A stretch of 64,000 nt of DNA from Candidatus Eiseniibacteriota bacterium (GCA_030609365.1 JAUWCJ010000002.1:41-64040), one strand, 5' to 3'; positions 29,964 through 42,534 are shown, numbered from the stretch's first letter. Notes: generated by a model from the letters alone, not told the origin. Translations and numbers: made by a program.

Positions 29964-31121
29964 CTAGTAGCCTCTCTCCTTGTACACCTCGCGCTGGATG
30001 ATGTACTTCATGATCTCGGTCGTCCCGCCGCCGATGGTCATGAGCCGCGCGTCGCGGAAGAGCTGCTCGGTCTTGCAGTCCTTCGTGTAACCGATACCGC
30101 CCGTCACCTGCAGGGCCGCCGTCGCTATTTCCTGAGCGGACGCGCAGGCCAAGAGCTTCGCCGAAGCGCCCTGCCGTGTCGCCGAAAGGCCCGAGTCGAT
30201 GCGCCGTGCGGCCTGAAGTGTCATCAGCCGTGCCGCGTCCAGCTTGACCGCCATATCGGCGATCTTGAAACTGACGCCTTCGAATCCCCTAATCTCTCTC
30301 CCGAACTGCTCGCGCTCCGTCGAGTACTGGAGGGCGTACTCGAAGGCCGCCCGGGCGTAACCCACGGCGCCCGCCGCCAGCGAGGTGCGTTCTGTGTCCA
30401 GCTCGTCCATGAGGATCCTGAAACCCTTATTTTCCTCGCCGACCATGCTGGACGCGGGCACGCGCGCGTTGTCTATCTTGAGGTGAGAGACCTTGAGACC
30501 CCGGAGCCCCATCAGGTCGTAGTCCTTGACCACGCTGAACGCGGGGTTGTCCGTCTCGAAAATGAACGTGCTCATGCCCTTGCGCGCCTTGACCGAGGGA
30601 TCTGTCACGGCGAACAGGAGCATGTAGTCGGCGAGACTTCCGTTCGTGATGAAGCGCTTCTCGCCGTTGATGACGAACTCGTCGCTGTCACGGACCGCGG
30701 TGGTCTTCATCCCGGCCGTGTCGGAGCCGACGTCCGGTTCGGTGATGCCGATGGCGCCCATCTTCTCGCCCGTGACGATCGGAGGCAGGTACCTGCCCTT
30801 CTGCTCGTCGTTGCCGAACTTGTAGACGGGCGGCGCGAAGTAGACCGACGTCACGCCGCGCGTCACGTCGAGCATCGCGCAGACGGCCGAGATCTCCTCG
30901 GCGATTATGGTCTCGGCGACCATCCCCAGCCCCGTCCCGCCGAACTCCTCGGGAATGAGGGCGCCCATGTAGCCGGCCTTGCCCAACTCGAATAGAAGAT
31001 CGCGCGGGTACTCCGCCGTGTCCTCGATCTCCTGGGCCCGGGGCGCCACGACCCTCTCGGCGAACTCGCGCACCTGCTCGCGATACTCGTTCTCTTCTTC
31101 CGTGTAGAGTACACTGAGCAT
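29964..31121 (-). CDS. Acyl-CoA dehydrogenase
   Basis: 385 aa; ACAD N/M/C domains (…[10 protein letters not shown]…, …QIHGGIGYT-like [11 protein letters not shown]…). AAAGGAA SD. Confidence 0.9.
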   Translation of the reverse strand: MLSVLYTEEENEYREQVREFAERVVAPRAQEIEDTAEYPRDLLFELGKAGYMGALIPEEFGGTGLGMVAETIIAEEISAVCAMLDVTRGVTSVYFAPPVYKFGNDEQKGRYLPPIVTGEKMGAIGITEPDVGSDTAGMKTTAVRDSDEFVINGEKRFITNGSLADYMLLFAVTDPSVKARKGMSTFIFETDNPAFSVVKDYDLMGLRGLKVSHLKIDNARVPASSMVGEENKGFRILMDELDTERTSLAAGAVGYARAAFEYALQYSTEREQFGREIRGFEGVSFKIADMAVKLDAARLMTLQAARRIDSGLSATRQGASAKLLACASAQEIATAALQVTGGIGYTKDCKTEQLFRDARLMTIGGGTTEIMKYIIQREVYKERGY

Positions 31122-31203
31122 GTTGGTTCCTTTCAGAAGTCACTCCGTTGTGCGGTCGCCGCGTCCGGCGGTCGCTCCGTTGTGCCGTCACCGCGTCCAG
31201 CGA

Positions 31204-31707
31204 TTACTCCGCCGGTTCGATCTCGATCATCGCTTCCGTGGTCCCTACTGAATCCCCGGCCGCGACGTTTACCTTCTTGACGACGCCGTCGACGGGAGAC
31301 TTGACCTCGTTCTCCATCTTCATCGCTTCCACGACAACGAGACTGGTCCCAACCGTAACCTCGTCGCCCTCGGCGACCATGACCTTGACCACGTTGCCCG
31401 GCATCGGCGCCTTGATGGTGCCGCCGGCCCCCGCGGATGCGCCGGCCGCCACCGCGCTGTCGTCATCACGTGAACCGGTGCCGAACGAGAACTGACGCCC
31501 TTCCAGCTGGACGTCCACCCCACCGTCGCGCCGCGCCACCTGCACCGTGTGCGAGCGCCCGTCGATCACCAGTGAAATGACGCCGTCTCTGACGCGCGCC
31601 CAATCGACGTCATAGGAGGTCCCGTCGATCGTGACCTCCGTCCGGGGAGACCTGGCATCGGTCTTGACCCGCCGCTTCTCGCCGTCTGTCGTGAACTCGA
31701 ATTCCAA
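31204..31707 (-). CDS. Biotin carboxyl carrier / biotin-requiring domain protein (small stand-alone BCCP)
   Basis: C-terminal biotinyl domain ending ...EAMKMENEV... Start placed at TTG 31707, which has GGAGGA 5 nt upstream. That gives 167 aa, matching the paralog at 41920..42426 and avoiding a 77-nt overlap with the upstream BC gene. The ORF-track start is 31854. Confidence 0.7.
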   Translation of the reverse strand: MEFEFTTDGEKRRVKTDARSPRTEVTIDGTSYDVDWARVRDGVISLVIDGRSHTVQVARRDGGVDVQLEGRQFSFGTGSRDDDSAVAAGASAGAGGTIKAPMPGNVVKVMVAEGDEVTVGTSLVVVEAMKMENEVKSPVDGVVKKVNVAAGDSVGTTEAMIEIEPAE

Positions 31708-31777
31708 GTCGTTCCTCCGAATGGGTCGTCCGTCCAAAGCCGTCGATACGACGACGCCGGCCGGGCATCCGTGCGGG

Positions 31778-33283
31778 TCAGCGGCCGCCGCCCGCCCCGA
31801 TCCGCCAGCTGCCGAGCGTGTCCCACGGGGACGGCGCCTTCTCGCGCACCGCACCGCCGGTCGAGCTCTCCGTCGAGAGCGAGAGCGCCGCCGCTATGAG
31901 CGCCAGATGCTCCGTCTCATCTGAGGCCGTGCTGGTCGGCCAGTCTGACATGTGCTTCTCGATGAAATCGGTCTGCGTCTCGCCGGCCGCGTAGGCCTCG
32001 CTGTCGATGATCGACCAGAGGTACTCGAGGCAGGTAGCGATCCCGAGGATGCTCATGTCCCCAAGCGCTCGCTTCATGCGCGCCCGCGCGGCGTCTCTGT
32101 CCTCGGCGTGAACGATGAGCTTCGAGAGGATCGGGTCGTAGTGAACCGGTACCTCCCACCCCTCGTATATGCCGCAGTCGTGGCGGATACCGGGCCCCTG
32201 CGGCTCGCGGAAGAGGCTGATTCTCCCCGAACTCGGGAGAAAGTTGTTCTTGGGATCCTCGGCGTAGATGCGACACTCGATGGCGTGGCCCGTCTGCGAC
32301 AGGTCGCCCTGCGTGAACTCGAGCTTCTCTCCCCTCGCTATCAGTATCTGCTGACGCACCAGGTCAACGCCGGTCACCATCTCGGTAACCGGGTGCTCGA
32401 CCTGGATACGCGCGTTGACCTCCAGGAAGTAGAAGCTGGTGCCGTCCTCGTCGAGCAGGAATTCGACCGTGCCCGCGTTGGTGTAGCCGCAGGCCTTCGC
32501 CGCAAGGATGGCCGTGGCGCCCATCTTCGCCCTGAGCTCGCTACCTACCACCGGCGAGGGCGACTCCTCGACTATCTTCTGGTGCCTCCTCTGTATCGAG
32601 CACTCGCGCTCGAACAGGTGGACGCAGTTTCCGTGCATGTCCGCAAGTATCTGAAACTCGATGTGGCGTGGGCGCTCGATGAGCTTCTCGATGTAGACCG
32701 TGTCGTCACCGAACGCGGAGCCCGCCACCCTGCTCGAGGTCTCGATGGCCGCCTCGAGGCCTTCCTCCTCGCGCACGATCTGCATGCCCTTACCACCGCC
32801 GCCCGCGGATGCCTTGACCAGAACCGGATATCCCATCTCCGCGGCCTTCTCGCGATAGTCCTTCATGTCCTTACCGCTCGACATCATGCCCGGAATGATG
32901 GGCACGTTCTGCGCGAGCATCGTCTCGCGCGAGCGGATCTTGTCTGCGACGAGCTGTAAGGCGTCCGAGGTCGGGCCGATGAACGTCAGCCCCTCGTCCT
33001 CGCAGCGCTTGGCGAACCGCCAGTTCTCAGCCAGGAACCCGTAGCCCGGATGGATGGCGTCTGCGCCGACCTCGCGTGCGGCCGCTATGACCGCGTCGAT
33101 ATTGAGGTAGCTCTCGAGCGCCGGCGCCGGACCGATGCGCACGGCCTCGTCCGCCTCGAGCACGTGCAGCGAAGCACGGTCGGCGTCCGAGTAGACGACC
33201 GCCGACGGGATGCCCATGTCGCGACACGCCCTGACCACCCGGACAGCGATCTCGCCCCTGTTGACTATGAGGATCTTCTTCAC
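31778..33283 (-). CDS. Biotin carboxylase subunit of an acyl-CoA (methylcrotonyl/propionyl-type) carboxylase
   Basis: MKKILIVNRGEIAVRVVRA start, ATP-grasp motifs, about 500 aa with no fused BCCP. Confidence 0.9.
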   Translation of the reverse strand: MKKILIVNRGEIAVRVVRACRDMGIPSAVVYSDADRASLHVLEADEAVRIGPAPALESYLNIDAVIAAAREVGADAIHPGYGFLAENWRFAKRCEDEGLTFIGPTSDALQLVADKIRSRETMLAQNVPIIPGMMSSGKDMKDYREKAAEMGYPVLVKASAGGGGKGMQIVREEEGLEAAIETSSRVAGSAFGDDTVYIEKLIERPRHIEFQILADMHGNCVHLFERECSIQRRHQKIVEESPSPVVGSELRAKMGATAILAAKACGYTNAGTVEFLLDEDGTSFYFLEVNARIQVEHPVTEMVTGVDLVRQQILIARGEKLEFTQGDLSQTGHAIECRIYAEDPKNNFLPSSGRISLFREPQGPGIRHDCGIYEGWEVPVHYDPILSKLIVHAEDRDAARARMKRALGDMSILGIATCLEYLWSIIDSEAYAAGETQTDFIEKHMSDWPTSTASDETEHLALIAAALSLSTESSTGGAVREKAPSPWDTLGSWRIGAGGGR

Positions 33284-33310
33284 GTGGTGACCTGCTCCCA
33301 GGTTCTTGGC

Positions 33311-34102
33311 CTACTTTTTCGACTCAAGCCACGCGGGCTTGCGCTTCTCGAGGAACGCCGACATGCCTTCCTGACCTTCATCCGAGATTCTCACCTCGGC
33401 GATGACCTTCGCGGTGTAGCCCTTGGCATCCTCGAGGGGCATGCCGTAGACGTTGTCCAGAAGCTCCTTGCAGACACGCAGGGCCTCGGGGCCGCTCGAG
33501 ATAAGACGGCCGGTGAAATCCGCGACGCACGTGTCCAGCTCGTCGGGCGCACAGACCGCGTTGACCAGCCCCAGTCGGAACGCCTTGTCGGCGCTCATGC
33601 GCTCTCCGGAGAGAAAGAACTCCCGGCACGCGGCGGGTCCGGCGCGCATCACGACGTAGGGTGAGATGCACGCGGGGATCAGACCTATCTTGACCTCGGA
33701 CAGGCTGATGACGGCCGTATCGGCCGCGACGACGATATCGTTCGCCGCCATGAGTCCCGCGCCGCCGCCTATGGCGTAACCGTTGACTCGTCCGACCGTC
33801 GGCTTGGTCAACCTGTGTATCTTCTCCATCACGTTGGAGATCTTCATGCCGTCCGCGACGTTTTCCTCGAACGTGTAGTTGATGGTGTTCTTCATGTAGT
33901 TGAGATCGGCGCCCGCGCAGAACGAGTTGCCCTCTCCCGTCAGGACCACTACCCGGACGGCGGAATCGGACTCGAACTTGCCGTAGGCGTCGAAGAGCTC
34001 GTCCAGCATCACGTCGTTGAACGCGTTCTTCACCTCGGGCCGCGTCAGCGTGATGGTCGCGACCTGATTGGCGACGTCCGTTCTGATTGTCGTGTAGGCC
34101 AT
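33311..34102 (-). CDS. Enoyl-CoA hydratase (methylglutaconyl-CoA hydratase-like crotonase)
   Basis: ATG 34102 (MAYTTIRTD) with GGAGGAA upstream; GEGNSFCAGADL motif. Confidence 0.8.
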   Translation of the reverse strand: MAYTTIRTDVANQVATITLTRPEVKNAFNDVMLDELFDAYGKFESDSAVRVVVLTGEGNSFCAGADLNYMKNTINYTFEENVADGMKISNVMEKIHRLTKPTVGRVNGYAIGGGAGLMAANDIVVAADTAVISLSEVKIGLIPACISPYVVMRAGPAACREFFLSGERMSADKAFRLGLVNAVCAPDELDTCVADFTGRLISSGPEALRVCKELLDNVYGMPLEDAKGYTAKVIAEVRISDEGQEGMSAFLEKRKPAWLESKK

Positions 34103-34119
34103 GTCTGCCGATTCCTCCG

Positions 34120-35727
<1,608 letters not shown>

Positions 35728-35880
35728 CGGGTGCCTTTCGTGCCTGTGGTAGTGCCGGCGCCCCGGCGGCGTGTCCCCGCAGGCGGCGTCGGAGCCGCGA
35801 TGCGCCATTTCCGGCGCATCGCGAGTGACGCAAGCGAAGCGGGCCGCCCAAGGGGACGCGCCACCGGGGGCGCAGCAGCA

Positions 35881-36276
35881 CTACCTGACTGGAACGAACT
35901 TGTATCCGTAACAGATGATCCCGGCTTCGCCCTCATCCCGGACCTTCCGGAACTCCAGCTTGACCGGCATACCGACCTTCAGCTCCTCGAAGTCTACGTC
36001 GGCGATCATCGCCGTCATGCGCACGCCGTCATCGAGTTCCGCGACGCCGACGGCGTACGGAGTCTGGTCCGCGAACTGCGAGGGGCCGACCCTGATGACC
36101 GTGTGAGTCAGGAGCTTGCCCTGCTTCGCAAGCTCTACCTTCTCGAACTCGCGACCACCGCAGCTCTTGCACACGACACGCGGCGGGAAGCTGATCTTGC
36201 CGCAGCTCTTGCACTTGGCGCCTTCGTACCTGTAGCGCTGTGGTATCTCTCTCCAGTAACGTGCTGATGTTGACAT
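35881..36276 (-). CDS. DUF35 Zn-ribbon/OB-fold protein (thiolase/HMG-CoA-synthase-associated)
   Basis: 131 aa; CKSCGKISFPPRVVCKSCGG (rubredoxin-like Zn ribbon) plus an OB fold. Adjacent to thiolase and HMGCS, as in archaea. Confidence 0.8.
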   Translation of the reverse strand: MSTSARYWREIPQRYRYEGAKCKSCGKISFPPRVVCKSCGGREFEKVELAKQGKLLTHTVIRVGPSQFADQTPYAVGVAELDDGVRMTAMIADVDFEELKVGMPVKLEFRKVRDEGEAGIICYGYKFVPVR

Positions 36277-36384
36277 CTCAATACCTCCGGAACGAAAAGG
36301 AATCGTGTCAGTTGCGTCTCAGAGCGGTGGTCCCGCGGTGGGACCCATCCGCGCTCTCGATCGCGCGGCGCATATCCGTGACGG

Positions 36385-37542
36385 CTACTCCGCCCCAAGT
36401 ATGTGCACCACGCACGATCCGCCCGTCCCACCCATGTTCTGGGTCATTCCGATCCTGGCGCCCTCGACCTGACGCTTGTCGGCCTCACCTCTCAACTGCT
36501 TCGTCACCTCGATGATCTGTGCGATGCCGGTCGCGCCAACCGGGTGGCCCTTTGACTTGAGTCCACCGCTCGCGTTGACCGGGATGCGCCCGCCGATGGC
36601 GGTCTCACCGCTCTCGGCGCTCGCGCCGCCCTTGCCCCTCTCGAAGAAGCCGAGCGCCTCGATCGCGCAGACCTCTGCGATCGTGAAGCAGTCGTGAACC
36701 TCGGCGAGGTCGATGTCGGACGGTGAGAGCCCCGCCTGCGCATATGCCAGTTCGCCCGCCTTCGCGACCGCGCCGAGCCACGCGATGTCCTCTCGCGAAT
36801 GCAGAGCGATCGTGTCGGTCGCGTGCGTCGAGGCGAGAACCTTGATCGGCTTGTTCTTCGTCAGGTCCTTCGCCATGTCGAGCGGACAGACAATGACCGC
36901 GGCCGCGCCGTCCGTGATCGGCGAGCAATCGAGAATGGTCAGCGGGTCCGCGATCATAACCGAGTTGAGAACCCGGTCGACCGTCAGCTCGAACGGATAC
37001 TGCGCGTGTGGGTTCTTCGCGCCGTTGGCGTGGTTCTTGACCGACACGGCGGCCAGCTGCTCCCGTGTCGTGCCGTAGGCGTCCATGTGCGCCACGGCCA
37101 TCATGGCGTACAGACCCGGGAAGGTCACACCATTGTAGACCTCGTACTCCGCGTCGGCAGCCGTCGCGAGCGCAAACGTGGCCCCGTCGCCACCGATGTC
37201 CGTCATCTTCTCGACCCCGCCGGCGAGCACGATGTCGCTCATGCCCGAACCAACCTCCATCACGGCCTGCTTGAAGGCCGCTCCGCCGGCCGCGCATGCC
37301 GTCTCTACCCTCAGCGCGGGGATCGGCCCCATGCCGAGGTAGTCCGCCAAAAGCGAACCCAGGTGCTCCTGTCCAACAAACAGGCCGCTGCTCATGCAGC
37401 CCACGTACATCGAATCTATTCTGTCGACTCCGGCGTCTTTGACCGCCTCGAGAGCGCTCTCGACAAAGATGTCGCGCAGCGACTTCTCCCAGAGCTCGCC
37501 CCACTTCATCATCCCGACGCCAATGACTGCTACATCCCTCAT
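36385..37542 (-). CDS. Thiolase (archaeal-type acetyl-CoA C-acetyltransferase)
   Basis: ATG 37542 ([16 protein letters not shown]) with AGGAGAA upstream; active-site Cys block (…CAAGGAAF…) and C-terminal GHPVGATG. Confidence 0.85.
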   Translation of the reverse strand: MRDVAVIGVGMMKWGELWEKSLRDIFVESALEAVKDAGVDRIDSMYVGCMSSGLFVGQEHLGSLLADYLGMGPIPALRVETACAAGGAAFKQAVMEVGSGMSDIVLAGGVEKMTDIGGDGATFALATAADAEYEVYNGVTFPGLYAMMAVAHMDAYGTTREQLAAVSVKNHANGAKNPHAQYPFELTVDRVLNSVMIADPLTILDCSPITDGAAAVIVCPLDMAKDLTKNKPIKVLASTHATDTIALHSREDIAWLGAVAKAGELAYAQAGLSPSDIDLAEVHDCFTIAEVCAIEALGFFERGKGGASAESGETAIGGRIPVNASGGLKSKGHPVGATGIAQIIEVTKQLRGEADKRQVEGARIGMTQNMGGTGGSCVVHILGAE

Positions 37543-37601
37543 ATCGTGTTCTCCTGTCAGCAAGTCCTCGTTCACAAGATCGTGGCGTTCCACACGATGG
37601 C

Positions 37602-38648
37602 CTATTCGCCCTTGCGGATCTTCCCGCGGTACTTCGTGTAGGTGCCGTAGTCGATGTACACCTTGTGCTCGTCAAGCAGCGTACGCGTGAACGGCGCCTT
37701 CACGCGCATCTTCGGCAGCTCGTCCGTTGCTTCAAAGACGAAGCCGTCGCTGCCGGCGCCCGAGCCGTAGGAGACCATGAAGATCTTGTCGCCGGGCTCT
37801 GCAATGTCGAGCGTCGCCGTGAGACCCATCGGCGAGCTGCCCGAGTACGTGTTGCCCAAGGTCGGCGCGAGCCACCCGGGCTCTATCTGCTCTTTCGTGA
37901 ACCCGAGCTGCTGCCCGACTCTCATCGGAAACTTGCCGTTCGGCTGATGGAAGACCGCGTAGGCGTAGTCCGACGGCTTCGAGTTGGTCTTCTCGAGCAT
38001 CGCCTTGGCGCAGCCCGTCACGTGCTTGAAGTAGGCGGGCTCGCCCGTGAACCGCCCGGCGTGGCGCGGGTAGTGCATGTACTCCCTGCGCCAGAAGTCG
38101 GGCGTGTCGGTCATGAACGAATGAGTGGCGAGCATCTTCGCGACGCCGTCGCCTGGACCTATGATGTACGCTGCAGCGCCCGCCGCCGCCGAGTACTCCA
38201 GCGCGTCGCCGGGCGCACCCTGCGACGTGTCGGCGCCAATGGCCAGCCCGTATTCGATAGCGCCCGCATCCACGAGCCCCATGCACACGAACATCGCCTC
38301 CGAACCCGCCTTGCATGCGAACTCGAAGTCAACGCAGTGACAGTCCGGCGTGGCGCCTATGGCCTCCGCCACCACGGTGCCGGACGGCTTGACCGCATAC
38401 GGGTGCGATTCCGAGCCGATGTACACCGCACCGATCTTCTGCGGGTCGATCCCGCAGCGCGTCAGTGCGTGTCTTGTGGCCTCCACCGACATTGTGATGA
38501 CGTCCTGATCCGGTGACGGAACGGACTTCTCACGCAGCATGAGGCCTTTCTTGTAGCTTGGTGCGTCGGCGCCCCAGACCTTGGCGATTTCCTCAACCTT
38601 GATCCGATTCCTCGGGACGTAAGCGCCGTAACCGATGATTCCTGCCAT
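37602..38648 (-). CDS. Hydroxymethylglutaryl-CoA synthase (archaeal/bacterial HMGCS type)
   Basis: ATG 38648 ([13 protein letters not shown]) with AAGAGAGG upstream; catalytic Cys block (…[13 protein letters not shown]…) and …YGSGAGS…. Confidence 0.85.
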   Translation of the reverse strand: MAGIIGYGAYVPRNRIKVEEIAKVWGADAPSYKKGLMLREKSVPSPDQDVITMSVEATRHALTRCGIDPQKIGAVYIGSESHPYAVKPSGTVVAEAIGATPDCHCVDFEFACKAGSEAMFVCMGLVDAGAIEYGLAIGADTSQGAPGDALEYSAAAGAAAYIIGPGDGVAKMLATHSFMTDTPDFWRREYMHYPRHAGRFTGEPAYFKHVTGCAKAMLEKTNSKPSDYAYAVFHQPNGKFPMRVGQQLGFTKEQIEPGWLAPTLGNTYSGSSPMGLTATLDIAEPGDKIFMVSYGSGAGSDGFVFEATDELPKMRVKAPFTRTLLDEHKVYIDYGTYTKYRGKIRKGE

Positions 38649-38692
38649 GTAAACCTCTCTTCCCGCCAGCGCGTGTTGCCGTTGACCTTCCG

Positions 38693-39739
38693 CTAGCACA
38701 TTATGTTGCGCACCATACGTATGCGACCCACGCGCCTCGCCGCCGCGGCCACGGCGACCCGGTACGGGGTCGTCCCCTCTTTTTTCGCTCTCGACACGAT
38801 TTCCGCCACGACATCATAGACCCGCCGTGCCTCCTCGAACAGCCGCTCCCTCGGAGCGTCCGCGAACTCCGGCTCGGTCTGGTACAGTTCGGCCCCGCCA
38901 ATGACAAAATCGGGCGCGTAGAGGATGCCGCGCTCCTTCAGCGCGTCGGCGTGCCGCGCCGCCTCGAGCATATCGGAGGCTGCGCCCGCGACGATCTTGC
39001 ACTTGAGCTTGGGAATGGTCTCGTCGTTCAGGATCCGCCCCACCGCGCAGGGCGACAGGACGAGACAGTCCAGCCCGAGTATTTCCTCCGGCCTCACGAT
39101 CCCGACGTTGGGATGGCGGTCCTGGAGCACCTTGATCGCGTCGTACCTGATGTCCGTGACCGTGATCCGTGCCTCCTCCCGGACCAGTTCGTCGACCAGA
39201 AGCTGCCCGACGTCACCCACGCCCTGGACGGCAACGTGGTGACCCTTCAGACTCGCGCTCCCGGTCACCTCGCGCACGCAGGCCTTCATCCCCCACAGAA
39301 CACCCACCGCCGTGATCTCGTGGCTGCCCTCCATGGGGACAATGCTCGTCGTCTCCCGACGCACGTACCGGAAGTCCCTGTCGGCCGTCCCGAGCGCCGG
39401 GTAGGCGACGAAGAGCCCCTTGAGCCCCTCCACGAACCTGCCGAACGCCCTGAAGTACGCCTCGTCGGTCTCCTGCCCCTCCCGGGTCATGAGCACCGCC
39501 GCTCCCCCACCCATGTCGCTGTCGAACGAGGCGCTCTGGAACGTCGATATCTCCGAGAGCCTCAGCGCATCGATAACGGCATCTTCCTCGCGCTCGTACT
39601 CCATGAGCCTGGTGCCGCCCACCGACGTACCGAGCGTCGTGTCATGGATCGCGATGATCGCCCGAAGCCCCGTGGGTTTGTTCAGGCAGAAGATGAGCTG
39701 CTCGTGCCCTCTGTTCTTCATCCGGTCGAAGATTCTCAT
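38693..39739 (-). CDS. Leucine dehydrogenase-type Glu/Leu/Phe/Val dehydrogenase (paralog 2)
   Basis: ATG 39739 (MRIFDRMKNRGHEQL…) with AAGGAG upstream. The ORF-track N-terminal 161 aa are Arg-rich shadow sequence overlapping the epimerase gene. GLRAIIAIHDTTLGTSVGGTRL and GVGDVGQLLVDEL motifs. Confidence 0.8.
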   Translation of the reverse strand: MRIFDRMKNRGHEQLIFCLNKPTGLRAIIAIHDTTLGTSVGGTRLMEYEREEDAVIDALRLSEISTFQSASFDSDMGGGAAVLMTREGQETDEAYFRAFGRFVEGLKGLFVAYPALGTADRDFRYVRRETTSIVPMEGSHEITAVGVLWGMKACVREVTGSASLKGHHVAVQGVGDVGQLLVDELVREEARITVTDIRYDAIKVLQDRHPNVGIVRPEEILGLDCLVLSPCAVGRILNDETIPKLKCKIVAGAASDMLEAARHADALKERGILYAPDFVIGGAELYQTEPEFADAPRERLFEEARRVYDVVAEIVSRAKKEGTTPYRVAVAAAARRVGRIRMVRNIMC

Positions 39740-40164
39740 GAGTCCTCGGGCTCCTTCGTGTCGCACAACTCGACCATCGTGCCCTGCGTATCCTTCGGGT
39801 GCAGGAATGATATACGGCCACCGTGGATGCCAGGCTTGGGCTCGCCCAGAACGCGGATGCCGGCGCCGGCCACCTCGTCTAGCGCCTCCGGGAGATCGGG
39901 CACCTCGAACGCGACGTGATGGAACCCCGGGCCGCGCTTCGCGAGGAAATCCGCGATCGGTCCCTCCCCGAGCGGACGGATGATCTCGATCATCATGTCG
40001 CCGATCTTCAGGAATGCGGCCTTCACGCCATGAAGCTCCGACTCCTCGACCTTGAGCACCTCCAGGCCGAGCTGGTTGGCGTAGAAGTCGTACGCACGAT
40101 CGAAGTCCTCGACGACGATCGAGATGTGGTCTACCCGCGTCGCCTTTGCTCTGCTCTCGCTCAT
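39736..40164 (-). CDS. Methylmalonyl-CoA epimerase (VOC/glyoxalase-fold)
   Basis: ATG 40164 (MSESRAKATRVDHISIVVEDFDRA…) with GAGGAA upstream; 142 aa, VOC-fold metal ligands H…E…H…E. Confidence 0.8.
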   Translation of the reverse strand: MSESRAKATRVDHISIVVEDFDRAYDFYANQLGLEVLKVEESELHGVKAAFLKIGDMMIEIIRPLGEGPIADFLAKRGPGFHHVAFEVPDLPEALDEVAGAGIRVLGEPKPGIHGGRISFLHPKDTQGTMVELCDTKEPEDS

Positions 40165-40187
40165 CGGTTCCTCGCGCACCGCCCTCT

Positions 40188-41870
40188 CTACCACGCGGTC
40201 TGGGACGGCCTGTACCTGCCAAACACCTGCTCCAGCGCCCTCGACATCTCGCCCAGCGTCGCGCGCCGTCGCGCGCACTCCAGCGCGGCCTCCATCGTGG
40301 GCAGTCCTCCGGCCGCGTCCTCTCCGAGCCGCTTCAGCGCCACTTCCACGGCCGATGAGTCGCGCGAGTCGCGCAGCCTCGCCAGAGCCTCAATCTTGTC
40401 CTCTCTGATGGAGGGGTCCACGCGCAGGACCTCCATACGCGCGGGCTCGTCCACGGTGTATCTGTTGACGCCGACGACGATGCGCTCCTCGTCCTCGACT
40501 TCCTTCTGCTGTCGGTACGCGCTCTTGGCGATGGCGCGCTGGAAGTGGCCGTTCTCTATGGCCGCGGTCGCCCCACCCATCCCGTCTATCTTGTCGAGCT
40601 CGGCCGCAGCCTCGCTCTCGATGCGGTCCGTGAGCGCCTCCACGTAGTAAGAGCCGCCGAGCGGGTCGGTCACGCTTGCGACGCCGCTCTCCTCCGCTAT
40701 CACCTGCTGCGTGCGGAGGGCGATACGCGCGCTCTGTTCGGTCGGAAGCGCCAGCGCCTCATCTCGGGAGTTGGTGTGCAGCGACTGCGTCCCGCCCAGC
40801 ACGGCTGCCAGAGCCTGCAGCGTCACGCGAACGACGTTGAGTTCGGGCTGCTGGGCCGTCAGCGTACAGCCGGCCGTCTGCGTGTGGAACCTGAGCATCT
40901 GCGCGCGGGGCGAGTCGATGCCGAAGCGTTCCTTCACGATGCCCGCCCACATCCGGCGCGCCGCTCGGAGCTTTGCGACCTCCTCGAAGAGGTCGTTGTG
41001 CGCGTCGAAGAAGAACGACAGCCGCGCCGCGAACACCTCGACGTCCAACCCGCGTTCCTTCGCCGCCTCGATGTAGGCGATCCCGTCGGCGAGCGTGAAC
41101 GCCAGCTCCTCGACCGCGGTCGCGCCCGCCTCGCGTATGTGGTATCCGCTGATCGATATCGTGTTCCACTTAGGGACGTGCTCGGTGCAGTAGGCGCACA
41201 GGTCCATCGCGAATCCCACCGAGGGCTTCGGCGGATAGATATGTGTGCCGCGCGCCGCGTACTCCTTCAAGATGTCGTTCTGGACCGTGCCCCTTAAGCC
41301 CCCGAAGTCGACTCCGGTCTCTTCCGCGGCGACCAGATACATCGCCATCACGAAGGGCGCGGTCGCGTTTATCGTCATCGAGGTGCTAACCTCGCCGAGC
41401 GGAATGCCGTCGAAGAGCACCTTCATGTCCTCGACCGAACAGATGGAGACTCCGACGCGCCCCACCTCGCCCTCGGCCATCTCGTCGTCGGCATCGTAGC
41501 CCATCTGCGTGGGCAGGTCGAAGGCCACCGACAGGCCGGTCTGTCCCTGCTCGAGCAGGTAGCGGAAGCGCTCGTTGGTCTCGGCGGCGGTGCCGAACCC
41601 CGCGTACTGCCGCATGGTCCAGAGACGGCCGCGATACATCGTCGGCTGGACGCCGCGCGTGAACGGGTACTCGCCCGGGAGGCCGAGCACGTCCCGCGGA
41701 CTTCCGTCCGAGCCGTGAGCCAATCCGGGCACGTCGTCCGGGATGTAGACACCGTCCACGGGAAGACCCGAGCCCGTCATGAACTCGTCCTTCCGCTCCG
41801 GGAAGCGCTCCAAGGTCCTCCGGAGCGTCGTCTTCTCCCAGCGTTTTCTGTTGTCGCCGCTTCCGCTCAA
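40188..41870 (-). CDS. Methylmalonyl-CoA mutase-family large (catalytic) subunit, split type without a fused B12 domain
   Basis: 560 aa, TTG start. The N-terminus RKRWEKTTL…FMTGSGLPVDGVYIPDD…GEYPFTRG aligns with the second mutase here (AWDEKV…[17 protein letters not shown]…GEFPYTRG), so the start must precede the internal ATG at 41780. Confidence 0.85.
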   Translation of the reverse strand: MSGSGDNRKRWEKTTLRRTLERFPERKDEFMTGSGLPVDGVYIPDDVPGLAHGSDGSPRDVLGLPGEYPFTRGVQPTMYRGRLWTMRQYAGFGTAAETNERFRYLLEQGQTGLSVAFDLPTQMGYDADDEMAEGEVGRVGVSICSVEDMKVLFDGIPLGEVSTSMTINATAPFVMAMYLVAAEETGVDFGGLRGTVQNDILKEYAARGTHIYPPKPSVGFAMDLCAYCTEHVPKWNTISISGYHIREAGATAVEELAFTLADGIAYIEAAKERGLDVEVFAARLSFFFDAHNDLFEEVAKLRAARRMWAGIVKERFGIDSPRAQMLRFHTQTAGCTLTAQQPELNVVRVTLQALAAVLGGTQSLHTNSRDEALALPTEQSARIALRTQQVIAEESGVASVTDPLGGSYYVEALTDRIESEAAAELDKIDGMGGATAAIENGHFQRAIAKSAYRQQKEVEDEERIVVGVNRYTVDEPARMEVLRVDPSIREDKIEALARLRDSRDSSAVEVALKRLGEDAAGGLPTMEAALECARRRATLGEMSRALEQVFGRYRPSQTAW

Positions 41871-41919
41871 CCGCGCTCCAAACCGAGGTCAGAGAATGCC
41901 ACCCGGCGATGTCTCACCG

Positions 41920-42426
41920 CTACTCTATCACCACAAGAGGCTCGCCCTGGGCCACGCCCTGACCGACCTCTACCTTGATCTCTGTGACCACGCCCTCGAC
42001 CGCGCTCTTGAGTTCGTTCTCCATCTTCATGGCCTCGAGCGTCACGACGCCCTGCCCGGGCGCCACGGTGTCGCCGACGGCAACGCCTATACCTATAACC
42101 ACGCCGGGCATCGGCGAGAGCACCGTCTCGCCGGACTGTTTCGCCCCGACGTCTCCGGTCGCCTCGGCTATCCGCATCGCGCGCTCGTCCATGACGTCGG
42201 CATCGTAGCTTTCCCCGCCGACGACAAGCTCGAACCGTCCGCCGCGACGGTGCACGGAGACCTCGTGGGACCTGCCGTCGAGCACGAGCGAGTAGACGGG
42301 CGAGCCCGCTATCCGGACGAGGTCTGCCGCAAGCACGCGGTCGCCCACTACCACCTCGGTCGCGTCTCCAGAGTGCCCGACCTCGAGTTCGATGTCTTCT
42401 TCGGCTATGCGGACCTTGTACTTCAT
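41920..42426 (-). CDS. Biotin carboxyl carrier / biotin-requiring domain protein (small stand-alone BCCP, set 2)
   Basis: ATG 42426 (MKYKVRIAEEDIELEV…) with AGAGGGAA upstream; 168 aa ending …LEAMKMENELKS…. Confidence 0.8.
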   Translation of the reverse strand: MKYKVRIAEEDIELEVGHSGDATEVVVGDRVLAADLVRIAGSPVYSLVLDGRSHEVSVHRRGGRFELVVGGESYDADVMDERAMRIAEATGDVGAKQSGETVLSPMPGVVIGIGVAVGDTVAPGQGVVTLEAMKMENELKSAVEGVVTEIKVEVGQGVAQGEPLVVIE

Positions 42427-42534
42427 GATGTTCCCTCTGTGTTCGTTGCTTCTGCGTTCGTCACTTCTGCGTTCTTCACTCCGATGCGCGGTCACGTCCT
42501 TGTGATGCGCTGCCGCGGCCACAGAACACGCGCG

